Shown here: in pieces, positions 41,701-56,700 of the stretch
Layout of the letters: every line of letters starts with the position of its first letter
Numbering within the stretch: the stretch's first letter is position 1
Assembly: GCA_002633005.1 (NCBI GenBank)
Contig: NMRA01000289.1
Span: 52,294 to 116,293 of the forward strand
Direction of reading: 5' to 3'
DNA: 64,000 nucleotides
Source: Phoronis australis
Lineage: Eukaryota; Animalia; Phoronida
The notes under the pieces: model-generated
What the model saw: the letters and a program-made list of their open reading frames with translations, nothing else
The model's database searches: none
Told to the model about the DNA's origin: nothing
Position numbers and translations under genes: made by a program

Positions 41701-44700
41701 TTTCTTAACGTTTTCATCTTAAATCTTATGTTATTGAAAATTATTTAAAAACCGATACTTAAACAAAGGAATGATTCAACGTCGGAAACAAAGATTTATT
41801 CTTCCCCACACAAATTTGCCACTCACCAGTAACATACACATCCTCGTTCATGAACTCTAGTGGCCTGTGGCAAATAGCACGCTGATTGATTGATTTGAAC
41901 ATTAAAAATGCCTGTGACCGACAAAACTGCAGAGATGTTGTTAAGCGTCATCCATCAGACTGGGTCCGATTTATTTTCAGACTGTGTTATGTAGACAAAA
42001 TTCGTGCTGTTTGCCCTTCATGTACGATTCTAGGCAAGGAACACTACGTTCGAAAGTTTTATTTCTTTTTCTCTGCCCATCAGTTTAGGCCAGTTTGGTA
42101 GGCATTCTTCAATTTTACTGGGTGTTGTTTGTGTATTTTTTTACTTAGACGGATATTATTGCCTGCTTCTGGTGTATTTCTCACGTAATAAGACAATCAA
42201 AATTGTACGGAAGTCCAACACTGCCGTTTTGAAAGGAAGACAAGTATTTTATTATTTGGCAACCGCCACTTAATTATCGTTAAAACGAATAGATTGAACG
42301 ACTTCTATAGTGCCGTTTTCGGAGGCCAGCAAATAATTCTGTGGCGGCCGACAGATAATAAAATATTTTTCTTTTCTTCAAAACGGCACTATTGGGCTTC
42401 CGTGAAGTTGAGTTCTTCTCATTAATTTGTTAGGAGCTTCTTAGGCTGATCTATGATTGCCCCTTTGAAAAAATATCATGCCGTTCAGAATGCTTTACTT
42501 TGACAGCGGCAGTGCGTGACTGCAGGGCAGTGCGCGACGAGGCGAGTAATTCCGGCACTTTGGAGACCAGTTATGAAACGACATGCACATTTGCCACATT
42601 GTAGTGAACATTGAGTCCTGTCGTCGGCCACAAAAAGTCTTAAAAAGTCTGTAGACTACCTTCACAAACCGAGAAATGTTCCAGATACAGATGTTGACCT
42701 AGATCATGGTGATAACGCGGCTCAGTCAACGACACGCAAATTATACGCGAGCATTGTACATGTACCGGATTTTTACGGGCACTGCCATGTGAGTTCCTAC
42801 AACTCAGCTCCAAAATTGAGAATAGGTAGTTATCAACAGGAAGAATGAGCTTGGAATGGCATAATTAATTACCATTTAACAGTCCAGGGGATGTGTTTCT
42901 AGAAATGTTGGTTTTAACTCGCCTTATTCCTTATACAGTGTAATAGGAAACGCAACTGACTTGGTAAGTTTACGCACGCTACCTAATTTCATATTCAAAA
43001 TGGTGCGCGAAACCATTAACTCGATGTTGTGCAGTTTCTGCAACAATTCGTGCTTCGCAAAGTGTCTTACCGTTAACTGTACCAACTTCACAACGCTGAA
43101 TTTTGACCAACTTTGCGAAAATATTGACCATAACAAAGCTGTACAAGCTCAAGGCATGAGTCTGAGAGAAAACGTTAGGCTCGGCTCCAGAGCCCATGTA
43201 TGATTGAACATTTGAATCGCTAACTAAAACACTTCAGACTGTCTATTTCATGGGAACACCTGTCTTTGCTGCTGAAAATTTTACCTCTACGTTAGTTTTT
43301 TTTTTTTTTAACTTAGTCGATGAAAATCGCAATCGTTTAATTCGATAGTTACCACATGCTGTTTACAGACATCTGTATACTTCTTTTTCGCTGGGGTTTT
43401 GAAAGCTGAGCGAACGTACAGTGTCAATTGGCGTTTTACTGATGTAAAAATACTTTTATTTGCCTTAAAACAATTTTCGAACGATCTTGGACCATTTCTT
43501 TCATCACCAGTACCCATTTTTCCTTAAAAGGGGGGGTAGTTGGGCCATCAATGTCACATTATATATATACATAGCTGGTGTCTTGATAATAAGTCGCTGG
43601 GAAATGGAACGAGATTTTGAAATGAGCAGCAAAACCCCAATCAGCTGTACGGTAGGCAAACTATTCAACAAAATTTGTATAAACAGCATTTTTGCATATG
43701 TTTTATTTGATACGAAAAATGAATTTGAATTCATAATGTACAACATAATTTTAAAGCCATTGAATAAATAAAAGGTTTATGTAATGTCAGTGACATTTAA
43801 CTGAACTCTCCTATGAGATAGGCGTATACACCACGGCATGGCGCCGTGGCTGTTGGGGTACCAACGCATATCCAATACAGGCGGTAACAAGACGTGTATG
43901 GTCTGAATTTTAGACAATCTGGACTGTATAAACATCTCCCCAATGGTGAATTTTGTCTGGTTGATTTTCAAGCATACCGACATTTAAGACACGCAGGTAA
44001 GTCTAAACCATGAAGTGGGGCAAAATATCAAACGAAAAGGATAAAACTGGTGCAACGAAACTACCGTCCTCTGTCTGAAGTGAAATGCAGATTACAAAAG
44101 GAGTTAAACATATATGGTTTGAAGTTGAGAAAATACTTCAGTCTAATAGCGTTCCCGTCGTAGCACGACGTACCAAAATGATGGTGCACAATTGTGCGTG
44201 CCTCGCGTGTCCAAAGCCGTGCTATTCGACGTTCACCTGGGTTTGTAGGTACACAATTGCTACAAACGCATAAGTTAAATAAGCGCTCTCTAAATGACGC
44301 CTGAAACGAGCCAAGCCGGTGTACAATTATATTCAGGACTGTGGCCGCTCTCTTCCGATGTGCAGCCTTTGTAGCGGTGCGCACGCGTAAATTCCACTGC
44401 TGACTTAAACATGTGGAGCGCACAACCCCAGAAGTAAGGACTCGAGAATTTCTTGGAGACTTAAAACTACCTAGCTTAAGGACAAGTCGTGATCGCCATT
44501 TTCACTTGTGATCTCTTTTGAGATAAGAAATGAGACGCACACGGACAAAATATCCAGGTCGCGATCGTCTGCCGGGGCCTTGCGCGCAATCAATGAGACC
44601 GATCAGGCCCGCAGCGCGATATTGTTTACGGATATACATGAAAAAAGTTTTTCTACAACAGCGTGAGTTAAGTTCATTGTTTGAAGAATTAGTCGATGCT

Positions 44701-47700
44701 TTACCATGTTTTACATTGGTTCAATACCTGGGTCGTCGTGATAACGATCAAAGATCTACGCTGCTGTTCCATTTGTTATGTTCGAAGGATACTTTACGTA
44801 TTTACGTTCTTGTTTTGGATTGTAATTGCGGTACCAATTCAGTCAAGTCTACCTTCGGCGATGTATGCGATTGGTGACGTTCCTTGAGCAAAGTAATTAA
44901 TTGTTGGCTGAATTTTCACCCGAAATTCTCAACCGACGATCAGCTGTTCAGGCTATGATTAGTGTGGAAGTGTGCCGCTGGTTCCCTGCGTGTCCTCTAG
45001 GGAGAAAGGCACACGCAAGTATCATTTAATTTTAATCGGAAAAGTTTATACACCGGCGTTTCTGATTGGCTGGTCGAATTTTCAACAGGTAGCGCTTTAT
45101 ACGTACACAAATAGCCTAAACTGCAAGGTAGCAAGTAACTGTACCCGTTTCTTTCTGACATTATTGATACTGCAGAGAGAACACTTGATACGCAAAGATA
45201 TGGACAAGGCTGAAAATCGTACAGAGTACACCATATTCCTTGTGTGTGTAAAGCTAAAGAATGAATGCCGAGGTTACATCAACACAATAAAACGCGTGCT
45301 GCTGGATGACGCCTGCGTGTCCCTTCCCCCTAGTGCACACGCAGGGAACCAATGATTTGAATATACAGTGTACTATTGGACGGTGATTGGTCAAGAAGAT
45401 GAAGGGGTTTCCGATGCGTGAACATAAAAAGCCGAGATATGTACAGTGCGTCCTAATTGATTAGTGAATGTTTGGAATAAAACGAAAAAAGATATGTTAT
45501 TTAAAAGTACGTATGTTCAGTATATCTAAAAAGCACTTCAATGTTGGGGTCATCAAGTGCTTGCATAGAAACGTTTCTGTACAAACCTTTCTCGAGCACA
45601 CAATTATCACGATTTCTTACTAAATGTAAGTTTGAGATCGGAGGGGTCTAGCATTCAAATCAGTACATTCCACTGCCAGAAGCAACAGTTTTCAGTATAC
45701 CAACCTGTAGTCACGCGTTCACACCTTGATCCTCCGACAAAAGGCGGACACTTGCACGTACACTGTTTCGTCACAAATCCTTCATTTTCACAGGTTCTGA
45801 TGGAACAACCACCTTCAAGTACACAGACATCAATCCTAAATAAAACTTTGGTTACGTTACGTTTTTGAGCCCAGAAAAAAGCAAGTAATGATATTGTAGG
45901 TGTACATTATATAGTACGTAACATACGGACTAGTTCTCAAGTTTTGGTACGAACCTCAGTCAGGTAAAAACTGGGAGAAACCTCGTAGAAGGGAAGATCA
46001 CGTCACCAGTTGGACTGAACCAGTGGCGAATTTACAGGGGGCCAAGAGGGCCATGCCCCCCTAAAATTCTCAAATATTCCATTTGGCAGTTCGATTGCCG
46101 TGCGAATGTCTGACGAGCAAAATCCTGGCAAATGCTCTGCCCAGCTCCCCTAACTCAAAGTCCTGGATCCGCTCTTGTATACTCCTGGATGAAGAGACAC
46201 AGGGGTCGGTTTTCTGAAACTTTTTCTGTCTAAGCTTAGATCGAAACCCTGCTAGTCTCGTTTCATGAAGTTTCTTAAGACCAAAACTCAGACCGAAATC
46301 GGTCTAAACTAGTACAGAAAGTTCTCCTGATCCTTATTTGGTTAAAGGTTGAACAACAGATTTAAACAAGAAAGATTATTGTCACGGCGTGAAAATAACG
46401 GACTCTGCGCGTGCGTATTACTGGAATTATTATGGGAAGTTACTGACAGCAACCCGTTTACCAATATGAAAAGGAATTCTTTAAAATCGTAAGAGAAATT
46501 ACATATTAATTTTTTGATGACCTTTCCACTAATTGACCTCTTCCGATGCATTATGTGCCCCGATGAGCGAGTAATTGTTAACTCGATTAAAAGTGTGGTT
46601 AATGCTAATAATCACACATGTTTTACTTTAAGCACTTCAGAATACAAGATGAATGAAGTGGTCAAACTTTCAGAAGAAAATTGCACCTAATGACCCCATG
46701 GGTGCACCAAATGACCTGAAAATTTAGAATTCAAACTCAATCGCACTTAGTAAACTAATACGTAATTCTGAAGTCTCTAGCGCAAAATTGTAGTTTGCAC
46801 CCAATGACCTTTGGCCTATTTTTTTCTGATTGGTTAGGCCTATTGCGAAGTAAAGTAGGGTATTTAATTGCAATGTTGAGTTACACCAGTGTGCTGAAAT
46901 AGAAAAGAATTCCTTGAAAAACGTAAGAGATGTAAAATTTTGAACGTTACACGACCTTTGCACTAATTGACCTTATCCGGTGCATTTTAAGCATCTTTAG
47001 GAGAATTATTGCAAAGCCCATGGAAAATGTGTTTAACGCTGAGAATCACAGTTGTCTAACGGTTGACACATCAGAATACGTGGTGAATGAAAACTACAAA
47101 TTTTCAGAAGAAAAATGCACCTAATGACCCCATGTTTGCACTAAATGACCTGAAACTTTGGATTCCGATTTGATTTACCTGTGGCAATTAGACCTGTCAA
47201 TTTGAAGTGTTTAGCTCAAAATTTTAGTTTACACCTAATGACCTTTGACCTATTTCACCTGATCGGATGACCCGATTACTTAGTAAAGTAATTTTTTAAA
47301 TTGTCATGTTGAGTTATACCTGTGCACCGAATTTAAAACTGAAGGAGGAGTAGCATTTTGAAAATTATATGACCTTTGCACCAAACGACCTCTTCCGGTG
47401 CAATATGGAATATGATTATATAACCAATCAAAATTTATATACTGTCAAAAGTCCTGTGCCGAATTTAAAGACCGTACCTGCACCCATTTTGGAGTTATTA
47501 AGCCCCAAAGTTGGTCGGAAGAAGAATAAGAAGAAGAATAAGAATATGAATAAAATTGAAGAAAACCCAGGAACAACAGTACTCTGCGCTTACACGGCTC
47601 AGTCATTTGGGTTACGTAAATTATTAATCCAAGGTACCGTTCTTGAAAAAGCAGTAACTGTTTTACTGCTCTAAAAACAAAAAGATTTCCCGATGAAATA

Positions 47701-50700
47701 TCCGACGCACGGTGATCACGCGGCTATTTTTTGGGCCTCGCAGAAGTTTCATGCATGTAAATAAGTAAAGCTTAGTAGCGTCACTGACCAGCAAAATCAG
47801 CGAAAATCTAATTCAAATCCAAGGAAACCGTTTGGTTTGAAACTTAGTCGATGAGTACACCAAAGGTCCCAACACAGTCATACACAGCGTATGTGCGCAA
47901 AGGAGCTACGCCCATCCCAGGCGATCCAACAAGTCTTTGAACAACTTAATGAGTCCATTCAAGTATATATGGACATCTTCGTGAGGGAGAACACTGTCGA
48001 GAATCATATTCTATTGCTGGAGCAGCAAGCCAACCTTGAGGCTGTGACTAGAATAGGGAAAGCTGTTGTTTCCAGACTATATTACACAATTGCACTACTC
48101 AGCGTACATGTAGACGAAAAGTTAGCCTTGGTACAAAGCTGTATATAAATATACAGCTTTGCACCGGTGTGGTTAAAAAGTGGCAAGATAAAATCTGACA
48201 CAAAACTAGTGTCATTAAAAACTAGTCTTCCTTGAGTAAACAAAATTATTTAACAGTGTTGGAAAAAATGGCGTTCTACCGTTATTCTGCTGCTAAAGTT
48301 GTGGAGCGATCTTTAGCGACGGCTTTCGGCGCCATGAAATATTGCGTCACCTATTGGCCAGTTTCTTTTTTCGCCGATTCTTCAAACAACTGCTGTTCTT
48401 TCACGAGCTTGCGTACACGTCACAACAAATTGTTTGAACTGGTTTCACTTCATTATAATTTTTTAGAATTCCGATACCGAAAAACCGAATTTCAGAACAA
48501 ATTTTGCTTCTCCGAAGTTGTCGCGAAAATTTAGGAAATGGCGCGTGCGCGTGACACGAGCGTATTGTTTTCGAAACGACGACATACTTTTCATTGTTAG
48601 AAAAGCCGGAGAGTTACGCAAGAAAATGACGTTTACTGCATTGTTTTTCACTTAAACGGCTGTAACGAGCAAGGTGAGTATCGGTTGATTACCAGATTTT
48701 GCATGCACCCCGTCTGGTCTTTAGCTTTACATTTTGATACAAATTTCACGGCGCGGTGACGAGCATAACTACCCTGGCTGTGTGCAATTTCGGGGTCTAC
48801 GGAAGAAATACACGCAGCGGGACGTAGCTGTATTTTGACGACAGTCATCATACAGCTAACTGGCTGGCTAACGAAAAGTGAACCTCCAGTCCTCCGCCTC
48901 ACGTCAGAGCTGATGTAGCTCGTATTGTAAGGTTTGCATATCAGGTTGATGTGACCGGAATCCATGTCAAAATAGAAGTGGCTTTGGAAGCAAAACTATA
49001 AGGTAAAATTTCTGGATTTGCCTACTGCCTACCAGGTCTCCAAATCGTACCTACGAAGTCTCGACGCTTTATACTAGTATTCCCGTTTCCACACTTTCGA
49101 AACCATCGGTGGCAGGTGTGACTACAGCTGTTAATGATTTGTTAAGCGCCTGCATTTGCGGAGGAAGTTATGTCTTCAGTGACTGAAGAAATTCGACGAA
49201 AAACCGACTTCATTCAATCAATGGAATGAGAAAGTGATTGGTATAGTCAGAGAAGTTTCTGTTGGTGTACAAAAAGAGGTTTGCCGATTTCCTCGATGCC
49301 TCGGTCAGGGCTGTAGAGAGTAGGCTTCAAGAGTGAGGCGTTCGTACCCTAGAGTTCCCGTGATGGCGCTGGAGAGGATCAGTACTAGATATAATACCCC
49401 TGACAATAGGATTAAGAAACCGCCTCACGTGTTTTCCTAACATCGAGCTCCCTCGAGATCGCGAAGCCTTATAGACAATGGCAGACTTAGTTTCTAAGAC
49501 AGATTTACTGAAACGCGACAACAGTGATGCTCTACTTTTTCATAAACGACATTGCTGTTGACATTAACACAATTGTCTGCAACAGAAGCTCCCAGAAGCT
49601 GAAAATTCTATAATGTGAGACAAAATTTTCGACAACAACCTACGTCACAACATGGATTTTCCCCATTCAGGCAATCCACGGACTTCATCCAGTCATTCTG
49701 AACAGTTTACAAATACCCTGGTTTCGTCGTAAAAGAGCGTTTAATAACCCTCAAATCAAAAAACAGGTTATCTTCTGGGAGGCATGGGCTAGCTGTGTTC
49801 CGGAGAAGCAACTGGGAGAGTGCCCGATCTATAACCAAGCTCCACACCACCTGAGTTAATATGACGTTTGACAGACAGAGTCTTGAAGTGAAGCGCAGTT
49901 TCGTGGACCAAATAAAATATGGTTTCGGTGTTGCAAATCCATTTCACACAAGGACAAGCTGTGTCGGGCGCAGGTCCAATGTGCCAAGAGTGAGAGCACC
50001 GATCCTATCACAGCTCTTTATGACTCCGTTGGGCTCCGAAAGAAATATATACCTGCCTCGTCAACGCATGGAGAGGAGAGCAGTGGTAACCAGGTAGACT
50101 CAAAATGTAGATCCATCTGGGGAGGGGTTTATTGATGCAGATCTTGAAATATTCTTGACCGGAAAATCTGGTTAACACTAACGCCACGCTAAACGAGAAC
50201 TGCAACCACACACTGGCTGCTCCTGAGCTGATGAACCCCACAACCTCACATCTTTTTGTCCAGAGCTCAAAATCTGTTTGATAACAAAATGGAATTTTGT
50301 CCATATTTCAACCATGTGTCCTGAACATTAACGATTTCCGGAGACGGTCGAATGTATAAGTCAATGCAAACGCAGAACATATTCGAGAGGCGCTTCAACA
50401 ATGAAAAAGTAGGGCTTTCTCAAGAATATATTGCATTCCTAAATTTGATGGAGGATACGATGACAAGATATAGCCAAGGGTTCTAGACATCCCCTTTCCT
50501 TTTTCTCACCTTGCTAACAGCAGCTCTGAAGTTGCAATTTGAGCTCGTATAGACCTAATTCACGCCGACAGGAGGCGTGTTCCAAAACGAGGCTCGCTAC
50601 GATAGATTTGTTGGCTTATCGGCATACTGGTTGTAGTTCCGCGTTGCTCGAACGGCTAGAAAAAATACGGACACTCAACTGTCTGTTTTACATTCCCTAA

Positions 50701-53700
50701 GGACGTTGAGATTCGGAAGCGTTGGGTCGTTGTCATACGTCGCCACGAAGGAAAATATGTCCGTGATAAATTTTTAATGCTTTCGAAGAGTTGGATCATA
50801 TTTTGTCGCATCTCAGTTGCCGAGCATCATAGCAACGACCGGAGAATCTTCGGCCAGCCAGGCTGTTTTCATGACTGCGGATTGAAAGATGATGCGCATT
50901 TTTCTTTTCAAAAAATGTCATGGCCCTCAATCCCTCGATTTTAATCGGCCCTATTCCACTCTCAAAAATATTGAAAATCCCCGAAATTCCCCCCAAGAGG
51001 CCCTAAAAATTCTCCTCGTGATTGAAAAGTTCTCTCCCGCGAAGTTCAAATCACTTGTAACCTCACTGGTGACAATTTGAAAGAGCACAAAATGGTATTT
51101 AGGACAGAGCCTATGAGAGCTTGCAACAGGGCGGGGGTGCTATTAATGATGATCGGAAGGTAGGTTTTTCTCCTCACTCGGCGAAAAAAATGCCCCTCTC
51201 GGTCAGAAAGCACAAACCCCTTTCCCCTCGGATGAACGAGGCCCATAATTGCTTAAAGAAACATGATAACTATGCTTTCTCTGTCCAGTTAACTGAAATT
51301 GAGTTCTAAAACGAGGTTATGTTTTGGACGTACGAATTAGCTGTTCTAATTTTAAAATTCAACTTGGTCCAGATTGATATTTGAAACTTAACACATGAAA
51401 TAGACGTAAGCGTTATTAAAACTAAGAAAGCAGAATTGATGGTCAAATAATTACTTGTGAAGGAGGCAAAGGGATTGAATGAGAACCTGGATATATTGTG
51501 AAAGCGAATTCTGGGGCTGTGCTCGTTTTAATTTTATTTCAAAGTTAAAAAAATGGTCAAATATTTTTTTATTTTCAATTACAAGCCTGGGTTTTTATTT
51601 TAATCAAAAATATATTTAATAACATCAGTTATTCTTTCAGGTCAATGACAAATCAATCGGTAGTCCCCACCCCACCAGGACCTAGGCTATGCTTTATGTT
51701 AATATTCTTGATCAACAAATTAAACCAGATGTGACTAATTGCACATGACAGCAAAATGCGGAGCCACTTCTGTCGAATATATTTTCAACTCGTCAACAAT
51801 ACGAGCAGATAACCTGGTTCGTGTAGAAAGCATTTTAATCAACAATTTACAAGAAGAAACGTAACCCTACATTCAGCATATTGCCTAATCCGTAACACTA
51901 CGATCGCTGCAGTTTAGTCATATTTACTTTTCATTTTTTTAACCTAGTTTTCCGAAAAAAATTATACCCTTTCGTCAGACAACTCTTTGGTGTATTGACT
52001 TGTTCTCTAATGTTTTTTTCTACGTCTCTGTGGTAAATTCATCGACACATTTTTAAGATTTAATATCCAGGTTGTACTCGAAAGACCGGCCAGTTAACTC
52101 ACGCATTGTCAACTTCCGCTTTGTTTATCGCAGTGAGCCTCGCTTTGGATTTTAATGTCCGCCGTGTGAATTAGGTCTATATTAGATCCTAGTCTCAGAT
52201 TGGTCAAGTTTGCTTAAACAATGTGCTTCTGAGTCGCCCAATGTGACTAACTCTTTGCTATCCATAGTTCCCGCTTCCGAAAAGACGGAGTTGCAGAATT
52301 AACTGACATCGAGAAGATGTTCTATTCCTTCTTTGTAACGAGTACCACACGGTTATCACCTATGGGACGCTATCATTGTTTCCTTTGTTGTGTCTTTGCT
52401 GGATATAACAATACAGGTCGCATGGGTATCGTACCTTGGGTGCACATCAGCCGTTTACCGTTATCATTATTATAAGAAAGAATAACAAAGTGAACGATAG
52501 ATACGCTTATCTACCGATATATATGTGACTAGTTTGTGCCCTAGTTTCCCAACACAATGACCCACAGAACTCTCTCATAGAGTATAGCAAGTGAGCACGC
52601 GCGTTTGGAAATTGTCCTTTTCCAAACTTTTGGTCTCAGAAGAAGCGTTGACATGAATACTTTTATTCATTTAGATCTCTGTGTAGACGATGCCTTGACG
52701 TCTCTTTTTTTACGTTCAAGATGACATAAGTCTTCTAATGAGAACCCAACTAGCTCCAAAGCACAACACAAAACATGAAGTTTTAAACGATAGGTCATAC
52801 CAGACTTCCCCAAGATCACCACTAAATAGGATTGGGAATAGCACGTCGATGGATCCTACATTGATCTTCGGGAGACATGAACTACTCTCTTTAAGACATA
52901 TTCATACCTTGCATGTACAGGACTCATTCGTTGAGGAAATGTGAAGAGACCCAGCTCCTTGTCGCCTGTGATGCATCACAGTATGCAGATGCGGCCGTCT
53001 CTTACCTAAGAATTCCTATCAAAGATGGTTTCGGCATTTCATTTGCCTTTGGCAAAGTGAAGCTGGCTCAACCACAAGGACACACGATTCCACGTCAGGA
53101 ACATTGCGCCGTATTCCTTGGCGTTGAAGTGGCAGTCTGATCGTGTCTCAGACTAAACATCGCCAATGTTCGTTACCACTGCTATAACTCTCGCTTACTT
53201 GAACAGTCAATCCAGATGACTCTACTACTACGTAGGGCGCCGTATTTAGATGATCTTGCGCCAGATCAAAGCCTCACAGTGGTTTCAAGTCAAGTGTCCA
53301 GAGAATCCGGCCGACGGTGAAGGAAAACACTTCTATTCGGAACATTGTGCACGATATGCAGCTACTAAAAACTTTGGAGCCATTTTCAACTCATTTGAAA
53401 AAAAAATTAAATAATGAGCAGGAAACAGTGTCTCCTCGCACACTACGTTTGTTTGCGCGATCTTCATCTTACCCCCTGTGACAGTCGTACTTTGCAGAAT
53501 TTCACAACATTTTATGTCCCACTGGGAACGTCGCTAGCACTTGTTTGGTGGTGGAAATACTTCTTCAACTTATGCGGAATTTAAGAATAAAACATGAGTG
53601 TTTCCAAAGAGCGCTTTGGTCACTTTTTGTGTGAATGATTATTTTGTGTCCAAAACAAGACCATATACAGTTCTGCTTCCCCCCGGAATCACACACGCAA

Positions 53701-56700
53701 ACACAGTGACTTACACAATATTCTCTCTCTTAGCCTTCAGCAGGTGTTTACGTAGAAAAGAAACCAAAGTACTTTTGTTAAAAATCCGCATATTTCCCAT
53801 TTTTGGGGTAATTATATATTTTCAATTCATTATTAAATATTGGAAAAGAAGGAGGTTAACATTTTAGTATTCTATAATAAATACGTTTTATTAGAAACTC
53901 CACTTTTGCCCAGAATTACTGTATAGGTACTCAAAGAGGGATCAATGTTTCTTGTACGTGGGTTATTTGTCCCACAAGACACTAGCAATTGGAAAATTGA
54001 AAAGGATGTTGAATGATTTCTGGTTTTCTCTTACAGAAGGTGCACATATCTGAAAGAGAAATGCCCATGCGTCTTGAAAAAACATTTGTGGTTAACATTC
54101 TATAGAATATATTGATTTATAACTATCTTAGGCGTACATTATTTGTACAAAATACAGAGATTTGATAAATTATTAGTCACTCAGTCGTCGGTAGAGTGAT
54201 TTCTAAATTAGTTTAATACTTATCTAATGCTTTTTGAAATAATGTTTTAACAAATGCATCATAAATATTCCGGGTTAGAAAAGTCAGAGGAAGATCTATT
54301 CAACCGGCAAACACCCCCACCACCACCTTGGGGTAGCTCTTAGTAAATTTAACTCTAATCAAGATCGACGCCTACAATGCCAACTACATGTAGCTGTAAA
54401 GGGTAGCGAGAATAAAACACAAACTTAATCCATGCAACATTCAACGAAGAAATGGACCTTACATCGAACTACTTTGCTATATTAGTCTTCAAAGGTCACG
54501 TGTAAAGCTATTTCAATCGCCAACTGTCGCCAACACTAAACAGTCTGACTCATAATACAATGAACGAAAGGCAAGCTATCTAAAACCTTAAAACTTCCTG
54601 AACATAAACTAACCCCGTAACCCTGCTAACCACCAATGATGAACAAATACAATCATTGGCCGTTATATTGACTTTTTGCAGTTCACGTCTGCTTCGATTG
54701 AATTTGTGTACGCTTGTAGCTTCGTAATCATGACACCTGGCGGCTTAAGTGTTCTTATGGGAATCCAGTTACACTGTAGCACCATTCGCCGGACATGCCA
54801 AAAGAAGGATTATGTTCTCGTGTGAACATTTTCGTGAAAAATCAAAAAGTATACTACTTTTCAATTGATTTTAGAAAAAGTGACCAAAAAGTCAGTGTTT
54901 ACATCAATATTGGATACAACAGAGGATAAAAGGGTGTACTTGGTGAACCATATCGATATTGAACGTTGCTTTTTGCAATATTAGCGAGAATCAAGCTTCT
55001 GTGTGTCTCACACGTTTTCCGAACGCACGTTTTTTTATTGCAGAACTCGCATGAAGCGTCCCAAGTGTGACTTAGTATGGTGTATATTTGTGTGGGTGTG
55101 AGCGCATGTCTGTGTATTTGCGTGTGCAGACTAGCTTTACAGTTCTGCACAGCTGTGTTCGTGAATTGGCCGAAGTAAATTTCGTAACGGTTTGTGCTTT
55201 TTGTGACGCAAAATAAACCTCACAATCTTTTCGACAAGGCTTCGATAAGGATCATTGACAACCATTAGACAACTGGTAGACATGCATGATATGGTCGACT
55301 TATACTTACGAGAACAGTTGTAGGCTACATTTAAAACTTTCTGGTCGTAATAAGACAGCATTACGCCACCATCCATTAAGGAAGACAAATCTGTATCTAT
55401 AGCCTCCATGATGTTTTCCTTGAACAATACTTTAAAACTCTAAACAGAACGGTAGACATTGTTATAAACCAGCTGACGGACTTAGGCATTAAACAAACTT
55501 CGAATTAGGAAAACATGTTCTACATCTATCGATAAACATAAACTAATACAGAAGTAAAAATTCATTCAACCAGGACAGAAGAGTCATGTAAAACCACGAT
55601 TTTGCAAAGATCATAATCAGTACAATTGATTTCGTAACTGTTTCAATTTACTCAACACATTAGTTTGTGTCTTGAAATTAACACACAGTCTACACAACTG
55701 AATTTTCGTATAATGTTTCTCGTATACGATAGTCAAACAGTGTAAGCAGGAAATTATCTACTACCATACCTTTGTACCATAATGCATTATGCTGGTATAG
55801 TCGTACGGTATGAAAGAACGTCCTATAAAATCGGGATCTGTGAAAGTTTCATATTGGCTAGTAGCTGTTGTAATATCAAAGTTGACATCTACAAAGGCTG
55901 TTCCATCTTCGCGTGCTTGCTCGTGAATTCGACCGATAACGTGACCGATTTCATGTATGACTGTCCCAATCTGAAACAGTGCCAAATTAAATTAATGAGG
56001 AAGGCATGGAAATGAATGAAACATTGAATGGTATATTGAATTATGTACAAAAGAGAAGACGAATTATGTATAATTCGGTTCCATGTTGTTTTACGTAGCT
56101 TAACAGAGGAAAGAAGAGATTTTGAAGATGTTTACTCATTGGCCGTTAGCAGGATTACATCCGCAGAGTCACATTTCAGCGTGGTTCGTATACATGTAGG
56201 TCACGCTTAAAGACGAACAACCGAGCGTCGAAAGAAACAAATCTTTCAATTTCTTGTGATTTCCGAACATTTTGATGTGGTAATAACATATAGGTCAAAG
56301 ACAACTATAAACAATTACATTTCTCCGACATGAATATCCAACAACGATGTAGGCATTCCACAAGAACCTTTCCTAAAGCTCGATCATATATTCTTTAGAT
56401 TCTTTATATGATTGAACGGAAACAGACGATTTTCGACTAATTACGCCAGCAGTCGGATTGCTTTGGTTGCTGAAATTCATACATTGTATGTCACATAGTG
56501 CTCAGCAATACAAAGGTGTAGGAGGAGGGCGGATTGCTGCCCCGTGAACCCCCTTGGATCAGAACCAGCGTAGTCTCCTGCATGATTGCTAGCGGAAATG
56601 GCAGAAAATCGAGAGAATTGTGTAGTGTTGTTACAACAAAGAAATACCTACCCAGAGACACTCATCACCACCCAGGTTCACTCCGGAAATCCAGTATTTG

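Noticed and set aside
44061-44262. ORF with vague CUB-like spacing
   Set aside because: The CUB domain is fully accounted for by three better exons, and the phase is incompatible.
54745-54805. MSGEWC EGF-like fragment
   Set aside because: Lacks the other cysteines and splice sites.
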